Shown here: positions 40,801-54,800 of the stretch, in pieces
Numbering within the stretch: the stretch's first letter is position 1
Layout of the letters: every line of letters starts with the position of its first letter
Assembly: GCA_964106645.2 (NCBI GenBank)
Contig: OZ067047.1
Origin: Podarcis pityusensis
Lineage: Eukaryota
Direction: 5' to 3' (one strand)
DNA: 64,000 bases
The notes under the pieces: model-generated
Told to the model about the DNA's origin: nothing
The model's database searches: none
The model's input: the letters and a program-made list of their open reading frames with translations, nothing else
Made by a program: the position numbers and the translations under genes

Positions 40801-42980
40801 ATAAGCTGGACTGACACGAGAAGGTTAACAAAACCTGATCCCTATGCATATGCATTTAAGGAACCGGATAATTGTATAAATGACCCACACCCCAAGGGAC
40901 TTTGCATCCTTCCCGCAATGTGATGGCAACTCCGTAGTATTCAACAGTATATTTCTGATGTATGCACACACATTCTGTCCTTGAAAAGTACACACATTTA
41001 CTGATCAATGTCTGTAATACATCTTCCGGTTTGACTTCATTTGCTCGGTGTAAGTAGGTTCCTTGTATTCTCCGAAAAAGTGCATTTTCTCCATAATTCC
41101 CAGTGGTTGTTTCGTTCACATTCAACTCAATATATTGTTACATTTGGTTCAGATGCTGTGGAAGTGCCAGGGACACCGCTTGCCTGAGCTTGGCTTCCTT
41201 TGGAAACAGCAGTCAACAAAGACTTAAGGATTTTATGCCAATTTTGAGTTCATTTTCTAAAATACAGGTTTTGCAGCTAAACTCCTACAAATAAGCAGTC
41301 CCCAAAAGACATTTTCCAGAGCTGCAAGCCTGCATTTCTTCCTCTGCTTCAAAACCGCTACTTCCCTCGCTCTCTGGCCCCACCTACCACTTGCAGTGCG
41401 GCCCCTGGAAGGTAAATCACGAGGGACAAAGTCTCCCATCCTTGTTTGTTAGGGCTTTTTATTGTTTCCAAATGGTGCCTTTAATGACTTAAGGAGTGTT
41501 CCCTGAATGATTAGGGATATGCTTAGGTTCATTCATACAAGTCTGCTCTGAGCATAGGACAGAGATAATGAATGGAAGAGAAAATTTTCTAGGAAGGTGA
41601 TTGGCCATGAATTTAACCCCATGCACCTCTTTTCGGTTAGGCCCACAGTAAAATTTACATCCACTGTACCTCCAAGAAATATTGAGTAGGAATTATACTC
41701 TAATTGCAAGAGTTCTATCATCTGTCATACACATTCTGTTTCCAGTCATGTTACACTTACCCAAGTTCCCTAGGGACAAATATGCCCTTTGTGCATTTAA
41801 TAACTGAAAGAGGATGTGATTAAAAAAATAAATAAATATGTAACATACTTCTTGAAAAGCCTTAGACCCAGGCATAACAATATATTGATTTTGGGGGGTA
41901 GTGGTGGTATGATGATGAAGATCTAATTGTTAGAAACCATTCTCTGAGATTCTTTTGCTAGCCAGTTAAGGTCACCCTTGGCTGGTGCACGGTTTAAAAT
42001 CATAAATGTTAAATGTTTCTAAATGTCTTCCGTATGCCAGAGGAATTTTGGATGGAAAACTGGAAGCAGAGGGTTGCCAGGGAATTTAACTGGGCAATCT
42101 CGAACTGGATAATAATTTCCTAATTACTCTAATGACTTTCATTATCAAGAATTCTCAGTGTGTCCCCCAGGAAAATAAAAATGATGGAGTGTTTAATTTC
42201 TAAAATGTGAGGTGCCAGAGATCAATTGTGTTTGTGCCATGTATTTTTCTCAGTGGGCCATGGCTTCTGAGCAGCGAGTCTCCGGTCTGCCTATCTAGCT
42301 TTGATCATCTTTCACCGACGCAAGGTGAGCAGTTTACAGGAGACTCAATAACTCACATCAGCTGCCTGTTAGGGTCAACTCAGCTGGCAGAATTATTTGG
42401 CTGCCCTCAGCCTGATCTCGGAGATGGTGGCCATCTGGATTGGTTTGGGATAAAAGAACAAAGCTATGTCGAAATTACCATTTACTCTGGCTCCAGTGCA
42501 CTCCCAACACCTGCCTCAGGTAAAAGACATCCCCACCCCTACATAGCCCAAGTTAGGAACACTGTGGGAGGCTGTTCTCCAAACAACTAAAATTGCTGAA
42601 TTTTTTAATTACATTGTTGGACTCAAGGGCACCCACAGTAGTTTTTCCAGGGCAGGGGGGCAAAGTAAGAGGGAGTTGGGTGGAGCAGGCTCGTAGGAAG
42701 ACAATGATGTCCCCATTTTGTCTCATTTCTACGTTTCGCCTCTCTCATACTCTCTCTCTCTTAATGAAAGCTGGGAATCTGGTGGCTATGTTTAGTTGGG
42801 GGAAGGAAATTGTGCCCTTTGCACTCATCACATGGACCACCACAGTTGGACAACAGTCCAAACTCTTGCGCTATTTCACTGCTCCTTCTGTTTGCACACA
42901 ACACAAAGTCTGAATGGAAAATTTTCAGTCTGGTTCCTGCTGATCTCCAGACAATTGAGGCAAGGGAGGGGAGTCTTTTT

Positions 42981-43222
42981 ACAGGGAACCAGGCAGAGGG
43001 CCTTCTCGGTAGTGGTGCCCACCCTGTGGAACGCCCTCCCACTGATGTCAAGGAAATAAACAACTACAGTAATCTGACTGTTCGAAGACACCTGAAGGCA
43101 GCCCTGTTTAGGGAAGTTTTTAATGTTTGATGTTTTATTGTGTTTTTAATATTCTGTTGGGAGCTGTCCAGAGTGGCTGGGGAAACTCAGCCAGATGAGC
43201 AGGGTATAAATAAGAAATAAGA

Positions 43223-43261
<39 letters not shown>
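42981..43261 (+). mobile_element. L2-type LINE 3' fragment with (AAT)n tail
   Basis: Near-identical to 25045-25235; ends in (AAT)n at 43223-43261. Confidence 0.85.
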
Positions 43262-43262
<1 letters not shown>

Positions 43263-44658
43263 TCCACCTTCTGCAACCTGCTCTCCTTCAGGAATCCACA
43301 AACCATCATTTATTTGTTTGAAAACCTTACACCTCACAAAGAAATTCAAAGCAGCTTAAAGCAATGAAATATACATGCAATAAAAAACCAACAAAGCAAA
43401 ATGCTTTACAGGCTCATGCAGATCAGTCCTTTCTTCTCCATTATAAACAGACACTATCAACATTCCCGTGGCTCAACTACTCCAAGTCATAGGCTCCACT
43501 TGTAAATTCACACAATCTGACTGACCTCTGATTCCTCTGACTGTCCTCTCCTCCCCTGACAGATATGAGACATATTGAAAACAATAGAGAAACCTAGGAT
43601 CTTAGCATAGCTGTGATTGGGCGTCAGGATGACACCAACCAAACAGGGAAGCAGCAGAGACTGGAGGTTTTGGCTTTGACTTCACACAATGGGATGAGTT
43701 ACTTTAGTATTTCTTATCTCCCTTACTCATTCTGGAAGCTCTCAGGGTGGTGTTTGTGTGTGTGTCAAAGTAGTTTACAGTAAAGCAAATTAACAAATAA
43801 TAGTACAAAACACACAACATAAAATGGAAGGCAGCAAAACACAACCCATCCAGCAGCAATAATAAAGCAATAGTCAAACAAATGGGTAGCCCAAAGCAAA
43901 AACAACAGGTAAGTCAGCAGAACCAGCCATCAGCAGAACTATCAGCCTCATTCAAAGTCTTGCCTGAGTAGCCAAACTTTCATTAGGCATCAAAATGATA
44001 GTATAGGGCTGTGTGGGTTTTCTTCAGAGGGCATACCTTACAATCCATCCCATAACTAAAACCATCTCCCTGGTCTTTGTACCCACCTACCTGGATTAGG
44101 CGCTTGGCTGTTGATTGAAGCATGGTGTGGTATGTACAGAGAAGACAGTACATTACGTACCTGCATTCCAAAATGTTTTAGGCTTTTGGTAGCACAAGGA
44201 TAGAGAAAGCTGTGGCCTCTCAAGTATTGTGGGACTCCAACTCTGTCAGCCCCAGCCAGTGTAGCTAATGATCAGGAATGAGAGGATATATAGTCTAGCA
44301 ACACCTGGAGGTCTACAGATTCCCACCTGAACTCGTTGTGGGATAACCAGCTTATGTAGCCAACATGCTGAAGTCTAATTAATCCATGAAGGGGTTAATA
44401 CCATAGAGTAAGCAGTCCTACCTAACTTAGCTATGTTCACTTCCCCCTCACCTTGAGAGGAACAAGGTAGTCAAGCCTTTGGTCTCTTCAGTCTGCCTGA
44501 GCAGCTCAGCGTGTAAAGAGGTTTGAGCTAATTGCTACAACTCAGACTGCATGGTTTTCACAAGCCACTCTTGAGTTCCTATACCAATAATTTAGGAGCA
44601 TTCACCACTTTGTAACTAAGTTTTACTGCCTGTGTAAGTTTTTCTGAATGCTGTAGTG

Positions 44659-44921
44659 CAGGCATGTCCAACCAGTAGATCGTGATCTACTGGTAGATCC
44701 CCGGCTGATCCTCTTATCGATCGTAGGATTAAATAAAGTTTATCGAAAGTTAATAAAAGCTGAAGAACTCTGGGCAATCCTATCCCCCAAAAAGCTCAAC
44801 AGCTCTGGGCAATCCACCCGCCCCACGCACACTCCTCCTCCTTCCAATGACAATGGGTAGATCACTGCCAGTTTTTTTTATACTGGGAGTAGATCAGTCT
44901 CTTGGGAACTGGACGTGCCCA
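44659..44921. mobile_element. hAT-type MITE
   Basis: CAGGCATGTCCA...TGGACGTGCCCA ends, GTAGATC repeats, 8-bp TSD CTGTAGTG/CTGTATTG. Confidence 0.8.
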
Positions 44922-46152
44922 CTGTATTGAAAAGCACATGACTCTGACCTTTGGTGAGTTTGTAAGTAAAGCGTTTTAAACTTACTTTTGAACTTAAAGG
45001 GCATATTTTAAAAGTCTAACAGCCTATATTTCCACACTTTACTTTGCTGCATGTTTTGTAACATTAAATATCTGTTGGGGTTGTCTCACTCAAGAGTACT
45101 TGCCCCAAACTTGGATATTGGCGTTCAATAATTCTCCTTTCTATATGTATTATTTTCCCTCAAATGAACACTAGGAACTTAAATTGTGTCTAGAAATGAG
45201 CACGCAATCACAGGCTCATACAGCATCTCAGAAATAAACTCTAGCCAACCTCAGACCAAAAAAGTGTTGTGATATTTGCACTAATTTGATTTTCTGGATG
45301 CTTTTCAAATGCAGTTCCACATACAACATGACAATCTTAGTGATGAAAAAATATTAATGGCATTGTTTATTCCTTCTCGTTTCCATGCATGAGTATACCA
45401 AAATGGGAAGAAATATATTTAGTACTTTTTTCATAAATTGGCATTTTCTATTAAAGCGGGGTATCATGAAAAGCAGCACAAAATCTCTCATAATTTGAAG
45501 TCAGATTTCTTCAAACGTAATGCAGAGCCAGCTTTTATTTCGAGACTGGAGGTTTTAAAAAACTTTTTACATGCTAGATCAGTCTGTATCTCAAAAGGAA
45601 GTTGCATTATTGTTGGCTAAATTGCTGGTCTACATCCATCAATGGATGTTTATTGCCCAAGGTCAAATACCCAATAATAGGCTACTACAAACAAATGTAA
45701 GTATTGGTGAGTGTGGAAAAGTTTTCTTAAGCTTTCTCTGATTACTTTCCTCCTCACTACCTCTAATCTTTACCTCTTGGGGAGCCTTTGTGTTGGCAAC
45801 TGTAATTCACCATTACTGGCTTATTCTAAAATTATAGCCTTTCATGCAATTCCTCATGAGAATTTTGTTAGGGTGACACAAACTTCCAACATTAAAAGCT
45901 ATAGGTATGTGACATGCAAATCCCTGGACTATAATGCCGATACCTCTTATATGTGAGAAACATTAGATTAGGTAAATTGTAAACGTTATGAGAGAAAGTA
46001 TTTTAGGTTTATGTTTTTGTCCTCTGTGAAAGAGAGTTACTTGCAAGTTCTATTATCATGAGGTGGTAAAAATGTTCTGGAAATATTTGGAACTGCTGCC
46101 TATCTTCTGGGAGTGTAAGATACCGAAGCACTCTTTCTGCTTAGCTGCAGGT

Positions 46153-46158
46153 TTTATT
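46153..46158 (-). terminator. Candidate LGR5 polyadenylation signal (AATAAA on - strand)
   Basis: TTTATT on + at the distal end of an AU-rich 3' UTR-like block about 1.35 kb past the stop; other candidates exist near 46412 and 46526. Confidence 0.45.
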
Positions 46159-47506
46159 ACAAATTCCATATATTTGAAACACCAGTAGAAAAGAAAGCAC
46201 ATCCTCTATTTACAATCACTACACATTTACATATATTATGTACAGATAGCGAATTTAGTCAAATATATGAGAAGAAAATAGAAATCTAGGAAATATATCA
46301 GTACAAAACTGTACATGGCTTACTCTCATTTTTAGTATGATTTTACTTTAATAATAAATACAGTTCTATATTTACAAATCGTTTTTTTTAAAAAAAGCTT
46401 CTCAAATGAATTTTATTATTTTCCCATTAAAATATCTCAATTATAGCTTTCAAACTTGCTTATGAAAATAGTATGCATAGTGGCCTGTTTTTGTTCTGAA
46501 GTTCAATTTTTAATATAAAAGAATCTTTATTGAGCCAGTCTTCAGACTTATTCTTTTACTTCTTGTATACAAAAGAATATATATTCATGTGAGGAACAGT
46601 TTCACTGACATTAAGCAGCACTCCATAACCGAACCGCAGTAAAAGTAAAGCTAAATAAACATTGTAGTATGTATTGTGCCATGGTCAGATGATCTCTTGT
46701 TTAATCCAAAGTAGTTTTAAGAACAGAGCTCCAGTTGCACGCTGCATTGCTTCAAAATCCAAGGAGACAAAGGAATATGATAACCGTGCAGCCGGCGTTC
46801 GGGTGCATACTTTCCGCATTTGTTCATTTTCTTTCCCAAGGATGCATGTGTCAGCTCAGAAAAGTGATGCTGGATAAATCTGAAAACAATTCAGGTCTCC
46901 CAACCTATAGTATTCAATGTGGTTATTCCAAAGCAGGTCTGCTATTGCTAATGGGACTTCTTAATGTAAAATTCTAACTCAAATGCCTATAAGCTGTGCT
47001 ATGTTCAACCTCTTTAACCAGTTAAGAGCGGCTCTTCACTTTCACGCTTAGTTAAACAAGAACATTGAGGCCAGTTCATGTGTAAATATGTATTGTGCAA
47101 CTAGGAGTGGTACATTTTCCATAAATACTTCCAAGATAATCTCATTTTCTTAATATTTGAAGTCCCATTAAAATAAAAAAAATCAGCTTAGTGGAAGTTT
47201 CATTGTGACCATTAAAAGATTCATGAACGGACAGTGAGAAATGTTGATCTATTTTGAATCACCAGAGCCAGTGCTGTAAACATCAATGGCTTTTGGATTT
47301 TTTCTTGAGTCTGAACCTCAGCTGATTCAAGAGTGGTTGTCTCTAAACCAGACTGAGATGGTATCTGTTAGGCTTTAGGATGCCAATTTTCATTGTCGCC
47401 AAGCCTTTGCCACTCAATAGTAGTAGACAATTATTTTCCTCTTACTGCACCCATTTAATAAACGTGTGATTGATAATTTTTAAACACAGGTGACTCTGAG
47501 ATGAAG

Positions 47507-48597
47507 CTAATGACATGGAACAAATGTTACTGAAGACAGGTTACAGCTTTCACTCATTCGATACGATGATGGCACTAGTGAATTGTTGGCGGGAATATCA
47601 TATGATATTCTGGTGCTTGCAAAGGTTACGAGAGCCTGAGTTGAATCACATGACTGTTTTTCTGCATCCTCTGAATTAACAGAGACCAGGCTGGCATGCT
47701 TGGATGCTTTCCATGAAAAAGTCTGCTTTCGAAGACTTCCCAGGTCTTCCTTGAAGTGTGGGTTGAAAAGTATGTAGAGAAGTGGGTTTAGACATGCAGG
47801 TAGGGGGACAATTACTAAAAGTATTGGTTTAATTACTTCTGGGCTAATAAACGTAAGGTTTAACAAGGAAGAAAATGATAAGATGGCCACAGGACAATAA
47901 AGAATGCAGTTAGTAAAAAGTAGCAAAGCAATATGCTTGACCATGGAACAGTCCCAAACATTATCCAATTCTCTCTTATCCAAACTACAGTAGAGTTTTG
48001 TATAGGCTATTGTCATTATAAGAAAACAGAGAGAGTTCAGCAAGACCAGTGCCACCATGTAACCCACAGCAGTTGGCTTCCCAAAAGGCAAAGGTATGCA
48101 CAGAGGGGAAACCCCATACTCACTTCCCCCAAGTACTGGAATCACTGCAACGATTAAGGCCAAGACAAAGCAAAACAAGATGGCTACCCTCATGCTAGCA
48201 AGAGTGGCACTGGTCTCAAACTTTGTGGTGTGTTTCACGGAAAAGCCGCGCTCAAGAGCTGCTAGCGTCAGCAAGAAAACGGAAGCCTCTGAAGCAAAGA
48301 TGAAGAGAAGTCCAACCAAGTGGCAACCAAGTCCACCTTCCCACCAAGCTCCGTACTGAGCAAAGACTCCAAAAGTTAATGCATCCATGCTGGCAAGCAC
48401 GCTGCTGGACACACCCATGAGTGTGTTCACAATGGCTATTAGTCCAATCAAGAGCTTTATGGAGGAAATGAAGAGCGGGAATCTGAAGATCGTTGCAACC
48501 ACCAATGCATTGCAAACAAAGGCCAAAACCACGATGGTCCAGACTCCAATTCGGATTAGCCAGCTCCCGAAGAGGTAGTCACAAGGCTTGAAGGGTC
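47507..48597 (-). CDS. LGR5: LGR5 last exon (7TM and C-tail)
   Basis: Acceptor CAG at 48600-48598; GPFKPCDYLFGSWLIRIGVWTI...FVPCH*. Confidence 0.95.
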
Positions 48598-48780
48598 CTG
48601 CAAAGGCAAGACAGGAAAGATGAGTGCTTTTAGCTGCCGTGGCAACAACACAGGCCTTCTCTTGGACACTTTGCCCAGAGTGCCTGAGCCCTAAGAAGAC
48701 ACCCTTTCCTCTGCCAGCCCTTTCGCGGAGCCCAGGAGAGGTGGTGAAGAAACTGCCAGTGTTGCTGCTGCTATTGCAAC

Positions 48781-48825
<45 letters not shown>

Positions 48826-51800
48826 TTAAGGGAAGAAGGAAAGGGGATTGTGGTGGTGCTGGTGCCACTAAAAGAAGAATGCAGCACAGGAGTTTCTAAC
48901 AGCAGGGCATTGGCAGAGGCTCCATAAAGCACAGCCCTGGGTTACATGCATTTTGTCTGCTGTTTCAGAGAGGTGGTGGTTTGAGCATTGCCTTTTTTTT
49001 GTTCTGTGTAATGGGTTTTTTTGTGGTGCTCACAACAGCTGTTTAGATTTACAAATGTGCCCCCAGGCCCCTAAAGGTTGGGCAGTGGCTCTCCAGGGCT
49101 TCCGCCAAGAGTCCTGCATAGCCCTACCTGCATAGCCCTACCTAGAAAAGCCAGGAATTGTATCTGGGATCTTTTGTGTACAAAGCACGCACTGAGTTGC
49201 AGTCATGCACACCATGGAGCACTGCGCTTTTTCATAGCTCCTTTTTCTAGAATATAGTGCAGAGTCTGCCAAGAGAGGAAGCGAAGGAGTTTTGAAACCA
49301 ACCAACCAACAGATTGGATGTAGCTAGATCAATACCTGGAGAGGGAGAGCATTGCACCGAATGATGAGCTTTCAAATCTTCATCAAAGTCAAGAAGAAAA
49401 TCCTCAAAGTCGCGGTCATCTGTAAAAAGATGAGAACGAGGAATGAGAACAAGGTCGGTGCCAGTCTTGTCTCACTTGGAAAGCAGTTCCATAGCCGGGG
49501 GGCAGCCACTGAGAAGGTCCTCTCCCTCGTCCCCGCTAAACATACCTCTAAGGGTGGTGCTACCGAGATGCACTTTCCCTGAAGATCTCAGAGCAAGTAT
49601 ATGGTCCTTCAAATAGCCTGGGCCTAAGCCATATAGTCATGCTGGCCACATGACAGGGAGCTGTACACCGGCTCCCTCGGCCAATAAAGCGGGATGAGCA
49701 CTGCAACCCCAGAGTCAGCCACGACTTGACCTAATGGTCAGGGGTCCCTTTACCTTTTTAAGCCATATATCATTAATCTCTTAAGCATTCAGACAAAGGG
49801 TGACAGCTTATCCATTACTTCAGTATTTCCAGAAGATGCCTTACAGTAACTTAGCCAGTAACTAACTCTAAGGACACCTAACTCAAATAAATAACAAATT
49901 CTATCCCAGTTTACACCTACTTCCCTCCCTTTCGTCTGGGCTGAATTTTAGATAATGCACTTATTGGGCAGACATTTGTCCTCTTGTAGTCTCTAAAGAA
50001 AAGAGGCAATGCTAGATTAAAAAAAAAATCAGTAAGGCATTTTGTGTTAAATTCAGGAAATTGATTTTAACGACAGTAGCAACAGTAGATTCTAAGGCAG
50101 AGCTGGATCTACAAATTTTGTCACAGAAGGCAAAAGTCTGCATTGCTGCCCTTGCTCTCTTGCAGATGTGGTCCCCCCCCCATTCCACACCCCTTCCCCT
50201 TGGAGTGGAGAAGCCTTGCTGGAGCTGGGAGTGGGAATCAAGAGGAATTCTAGATCCCCAACTCACCAAGCCCTGGATCCCTCTCCTTCACCACAAAAAA
50301 AACTTGAATCCTGCAGCTCCTCACTACCAATGTCTGCCCACAGAAAGCTGGGGAGAAAGAACCCAAGAGGAGGTAAAATTTGAAAATATTACTTTGCAAG
50401 GGTAAAATAGGCATCTTATTGGAGGCTCATTTGTACTGGCATTTTATTTTAAAGGCTGAAATCAGAAAGGCATACATTCATTTGATTACTGGTAGCCACA
50501 TTCCAGTGGCCTCTTTTAAAACTGATTCTTACCATGTGTATGGAAAACGCCAACATCTTTCCTTTGAAATTCCTCAGCACTGCTGTTCTCATCCTTGTTC
50601 CACTGGTTTTGGATTTTGTAGTGGCCATCGCAAGCTCCAAATGCACAGCACTGATAAGCATAAGGCATTTCAATCACCCTTTAGAATTAACAGACAAGAT
50701 TATGAACATTAAAACATCTCAGTGTACTCAACCTACATCCTTTGCAAAGTAAACGCACACGGCATTAGCATCAAACTGAAGCAACAGAGAGGCAGAGCTC
50801 TGACTCATTAAACAAATATAAAAAATTAAGGGAAAGCACATTCTTCCCACATCCCTGTACATTTCAGATCATTGTACACATGCCATAATTCCTTCTATTT
50901 TCAATGTTCAGGCTGTGAGCACTGTTGCTTATGTAGCTACACAACACTGCTGATGAACAAGAAGGAATTATCAGCAGATGTGTGTGTAAATCCTAAGAAT
51001 TACATTAAAAAAACCAGAAAAACTCTAAACGGAAAGGAAACCGAAAAATATCCACATGAGGACTATTCAATAACTATGGAATAATGTCTGCAGGGGGTGA
51101 GAATCAGAAAACAAGTGGGGAGTCAGATTGGAGTGGAGTGGCTATGAACAGAATAATGATTTATATGACCTGAACAGGAAACATAACTTGGATATTTCAA
51201 ATGTGATGCCAAACTATAGGTTGTTGGTTTTTTAAAATAATCCTTGCATAATCCTTAGCTCAATTACATTGCTTATTTGAACCTCACACTTTTGATCTTG
51301 TAGACTTATGTAGATACAGAAGCTCAGAATGGCTTATGCTGACATATTGACCTTTTGTGCTGCCTCCAGGCTGCAGTTCCATGATGGCAACCAACACTGG
51401 TGCATTGCATCAAATTTTGATGCTGTTCCTGTTTGGCATTGGTTGAGCCTGACTGGTATCTTTTTACATGCCAACTCCACCTCTCAAAAGAACAGACCAC
51501 CAATAGCTCTTCCTCAGATGTTCTGGTTACAGTATTTTTGCATTAAGTCAATATGGCAAAGTATTTTACTGCCACCCTCAAACCACCTACTTGATTCAAT
51601 TCTTTTCTTTTTGTTTGCAGCTATATATTCCCTACATTTTTCAAAATGGGGGTAGTTTATAAAGCAATAGTCAAGTGCTCGCTTTGGCAGCACAAATGCT
51701 AAAATAAAGCAACGGTCAAATGAAGGGAGCTAGCCACTATAAAACACAAATTAGACAAATTTTAACAGAGGCTGTTTATTTGCGGGGGGGGGGATATTGC

Positions 51801-54800
51801 TGAGAAGCAGATGTGTTTTAAAGTGAGCAGCTACCAGGGTGTCCAAAATCAATCATATTTTCTTGAGATAAAAAGGATGTAGTAAGTCTATAATTTTACC
51901 ATGTATATCTTTGTTTCAGTGCTGTGGTTCAAAGCCTCTGAACAGGAAGTAACTCACATTATACAGTGACACCCCTCCCACTGCACATGAGCACAAGTGT
52001 GCCTTATTAGTTTTAATGAGGTACTCACTTGAGTTCTGGAAAGTTTTCAGATGATATCAAACTTTGTAGTGCATGATTTCCTGTTAATTTTAGATGAGTT
52101 AAACCATATAGGCCAGTTACAGGAAAAGAGGACAAAAGGTTGGATGACAGATCCCTGCAAAATTAAAGGGGGGGGGGGACCAGTTTACTATTCCAGAAGG
52201 GTGGGATTTTTTTTTTTTTTTTTTTTTTGCCTGAGGGTATTTGTTATTGTCGCAGAGTATTCAATTTTGCAAACGATAAAACATAAAGACGATTCAGCTG
52301 ACAAAAGATGCACAATGGGTCACTGGTAAATTTGCTGATTCACCTCAGAGCCCAATCCACTTGAAAGGTCTCTTGTACAAGCCACATGGAAAGGAATAGG
52401 ACTGTAATAACATGTTATTGGATTCTTCCCTCCGTTTTTATTGTTGGCAACTCTTTGATGCGTAAAGGACCTTTACTGAAGTTATGTGTACTTGGATGTC
52501 AGTGTGCTTACAACCTAACCAGATTGTCTTGCTTGGATTCTGCAAAATTGGTCAGCATCTGGGATATTAGCAACAGCAACCACAGAATTAAAAAACCAGC
52601 CATTGTTACTTATACTGATGCCTTCTAGCACAGGGTTGTGTCCAACTTTAGTCCTCCTCTAATGTTGATCTAGAGCAGTCCTAGAATTAAGGGACTCGAC
52701 TAACTTCAGGCCATTAATTTTACTCTGAGTAAAACATAGTTGGATACAGCCCACAGTTTTTAAAGAGCAGGCAAACTTTTCCATGGTATGTTATTTGTAT
52801 GTAATCATCGTTGACCTGGTTCACATGCCACACTAAGCCAATCTATGGCTTACCAGGAGAATATGAATGTGCAGGCTCCTGGAGACAAGCTCACAGAACC
52901 TTTGCTTCTCCCTGGTCTTTCTTTAAATTATTTTTTTACTCCTGTGCTGTGTTGAACCTGGGCTCATCAAAACTGACTCTCGTGGTTAAACTCTCTCCTC
53001 ACTAACCAAAAGTTGTAGCCAAGGTTTGCTCTTAGCTTTGGCTTATTGTGTTGTGCAAACCAGCCACTGTCGTGTCAAAAGCCAGAACATAAAGTGAGAG
53101 AGAAAAACTTGCACCGTGCAAGTCATGCTGCTTACTCTACATAGTAGAGCCCACCCTACTCCTGGTATCTATGCACGCTGCCAAGAACATGCACAGCGGC
53201 ACCTACTGATGGGATGCTATGGTTCCAAGCACCTGTGCAGTTACCTATAGTCACTTGAAGGCCTCATGCCACAGGACATGTAAGTCGTCCTCGCCACTTT
53301 AGTAAACTAGGGGAAATGTGGGACAACATGGAGGGCTCTAGTTAAATACTGTGGTAGGCAGGAGCTGACTGAATCTAATTAGATTTAGAGCCAGGCTCCA
53401 GAGTGATCTGGGTCTGATCCAAATTTAATCATGTGGTGCTAGACATTAGGCATCTGCTGCCCAAGCTCTCCTGTTCTGCATTCTCTCCATCACTAATTGA
53501 TACCATGAAACAATGCAGAAATGCAAGACCACTATGGCTGGCCAAACAAAGGCCAAAGCTACTTTGTTTTGCATTTTGTTGTTCATTAAATTGTCATTCC
53601 ATCTTACTCTGCACTGAATAGAGCTTTTTTGCCACTGGGTATTTGAATGATCATAATAGGACAGCATCAGACATAAAAAAAAGCAGAATACTTACAGTTT
53701 AATCAGAGACAACAAAGAGGAGAATGCATTGGCATGAATGACTGATATTTTGTTCCAAGCTAAATCCCTGCAGAAAGGAAGAAAATTATATATGCTTAAA
53801 AATGCATGGAGATTTACTTTGAATCTTTTAAATTAAACAACAATTAACTGCATGAAATCACTTCCAGTAGGCTAATTTTAGACCCGTGTTTGGACATTAT
53901 GATAAGCCACAAGTCATGGCTTACTGTGAATGAGGAGCATGCTACTGCACACAGCCAGATTGCTTCTCCCTTTGTTGACCTGGGACCAACAAACCACTAG
54001 TCTAGGCTTAGTGTGCTGTATGAACCAGTGCTCACAGTTTGTTTGCCTCCAAGGTTTGTTCTTGGCTTACCTACTATGGTTTGTTTGGAAGAAACAAACC
54101 ATAAGCACTGGTTCACACATCACACTAACAAGGCTCATAGTTTTTTGCTCTTGGCTCAAGAAAGGGAGCACAGCAGAAGAAGAAGAAGAAGAGTTTGGAT
54201 TTGATATCCCGCCTTTCACTCCCTTTAAGGAGTCTCAAAGCGGCTAACATTCTCCTTTCCCTTCCTCCCCCACAACAAACACTCTGTGAGGTGAGTGGGG
54301 CTGAGAGACTTCAAAGAAGTATGACTGGCCCAAGGTCACCCAGCAGCTGCATGTGGAGGAGCGGAGACGCGAACCCGGTTCCCCAGATTACGAGACTACC
54401 GCTCTTAACCACTACACCACACTGGCTCTACACCACACTGGCACCACACAGCAGGAGCACATTTTATGACTTACTGAAATGTACAAATATTTTGGGTTGC
54501 AAATTTGAATGCACACATCTCTTCCCCTTGATCCAGGATCTAGCTACCTAATAAGCAAATCATGGGATGATCTGGTTCAGATAAACTTCTGTTTGAACAA
54601 GCCATGGTTTATTGGGGGGGAGTGTTGGGTTCTCCTCTCACTCCCTTCACTCCTCAGTTACATTCAGATTGAGACCCAACTACTAAATCACCATGACAGC
54701 TGAATGAGGAAATGTAGGCAGTTTTAAGTTTACAATCAGCATCAAACCCTGATTTGTAATCCTGGTTCACAGGCTATATTTAAACCATAGCTATCTAGTT

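Noticed and set aside
37900-46100. Short 60-130 aa ORFs between ZFC3H1 and LGR5
   Set aside because: No recognisable protein similarity or consistent exon chain; several overlap repeats
47507-48532. Stand-alone 341-aa single-exon GPCR suggested by the ORF track
   Set aside because: It is part of the last exon of LGR5; the frame extends to the acceptor at 48598 and splices to upstream LRR exons
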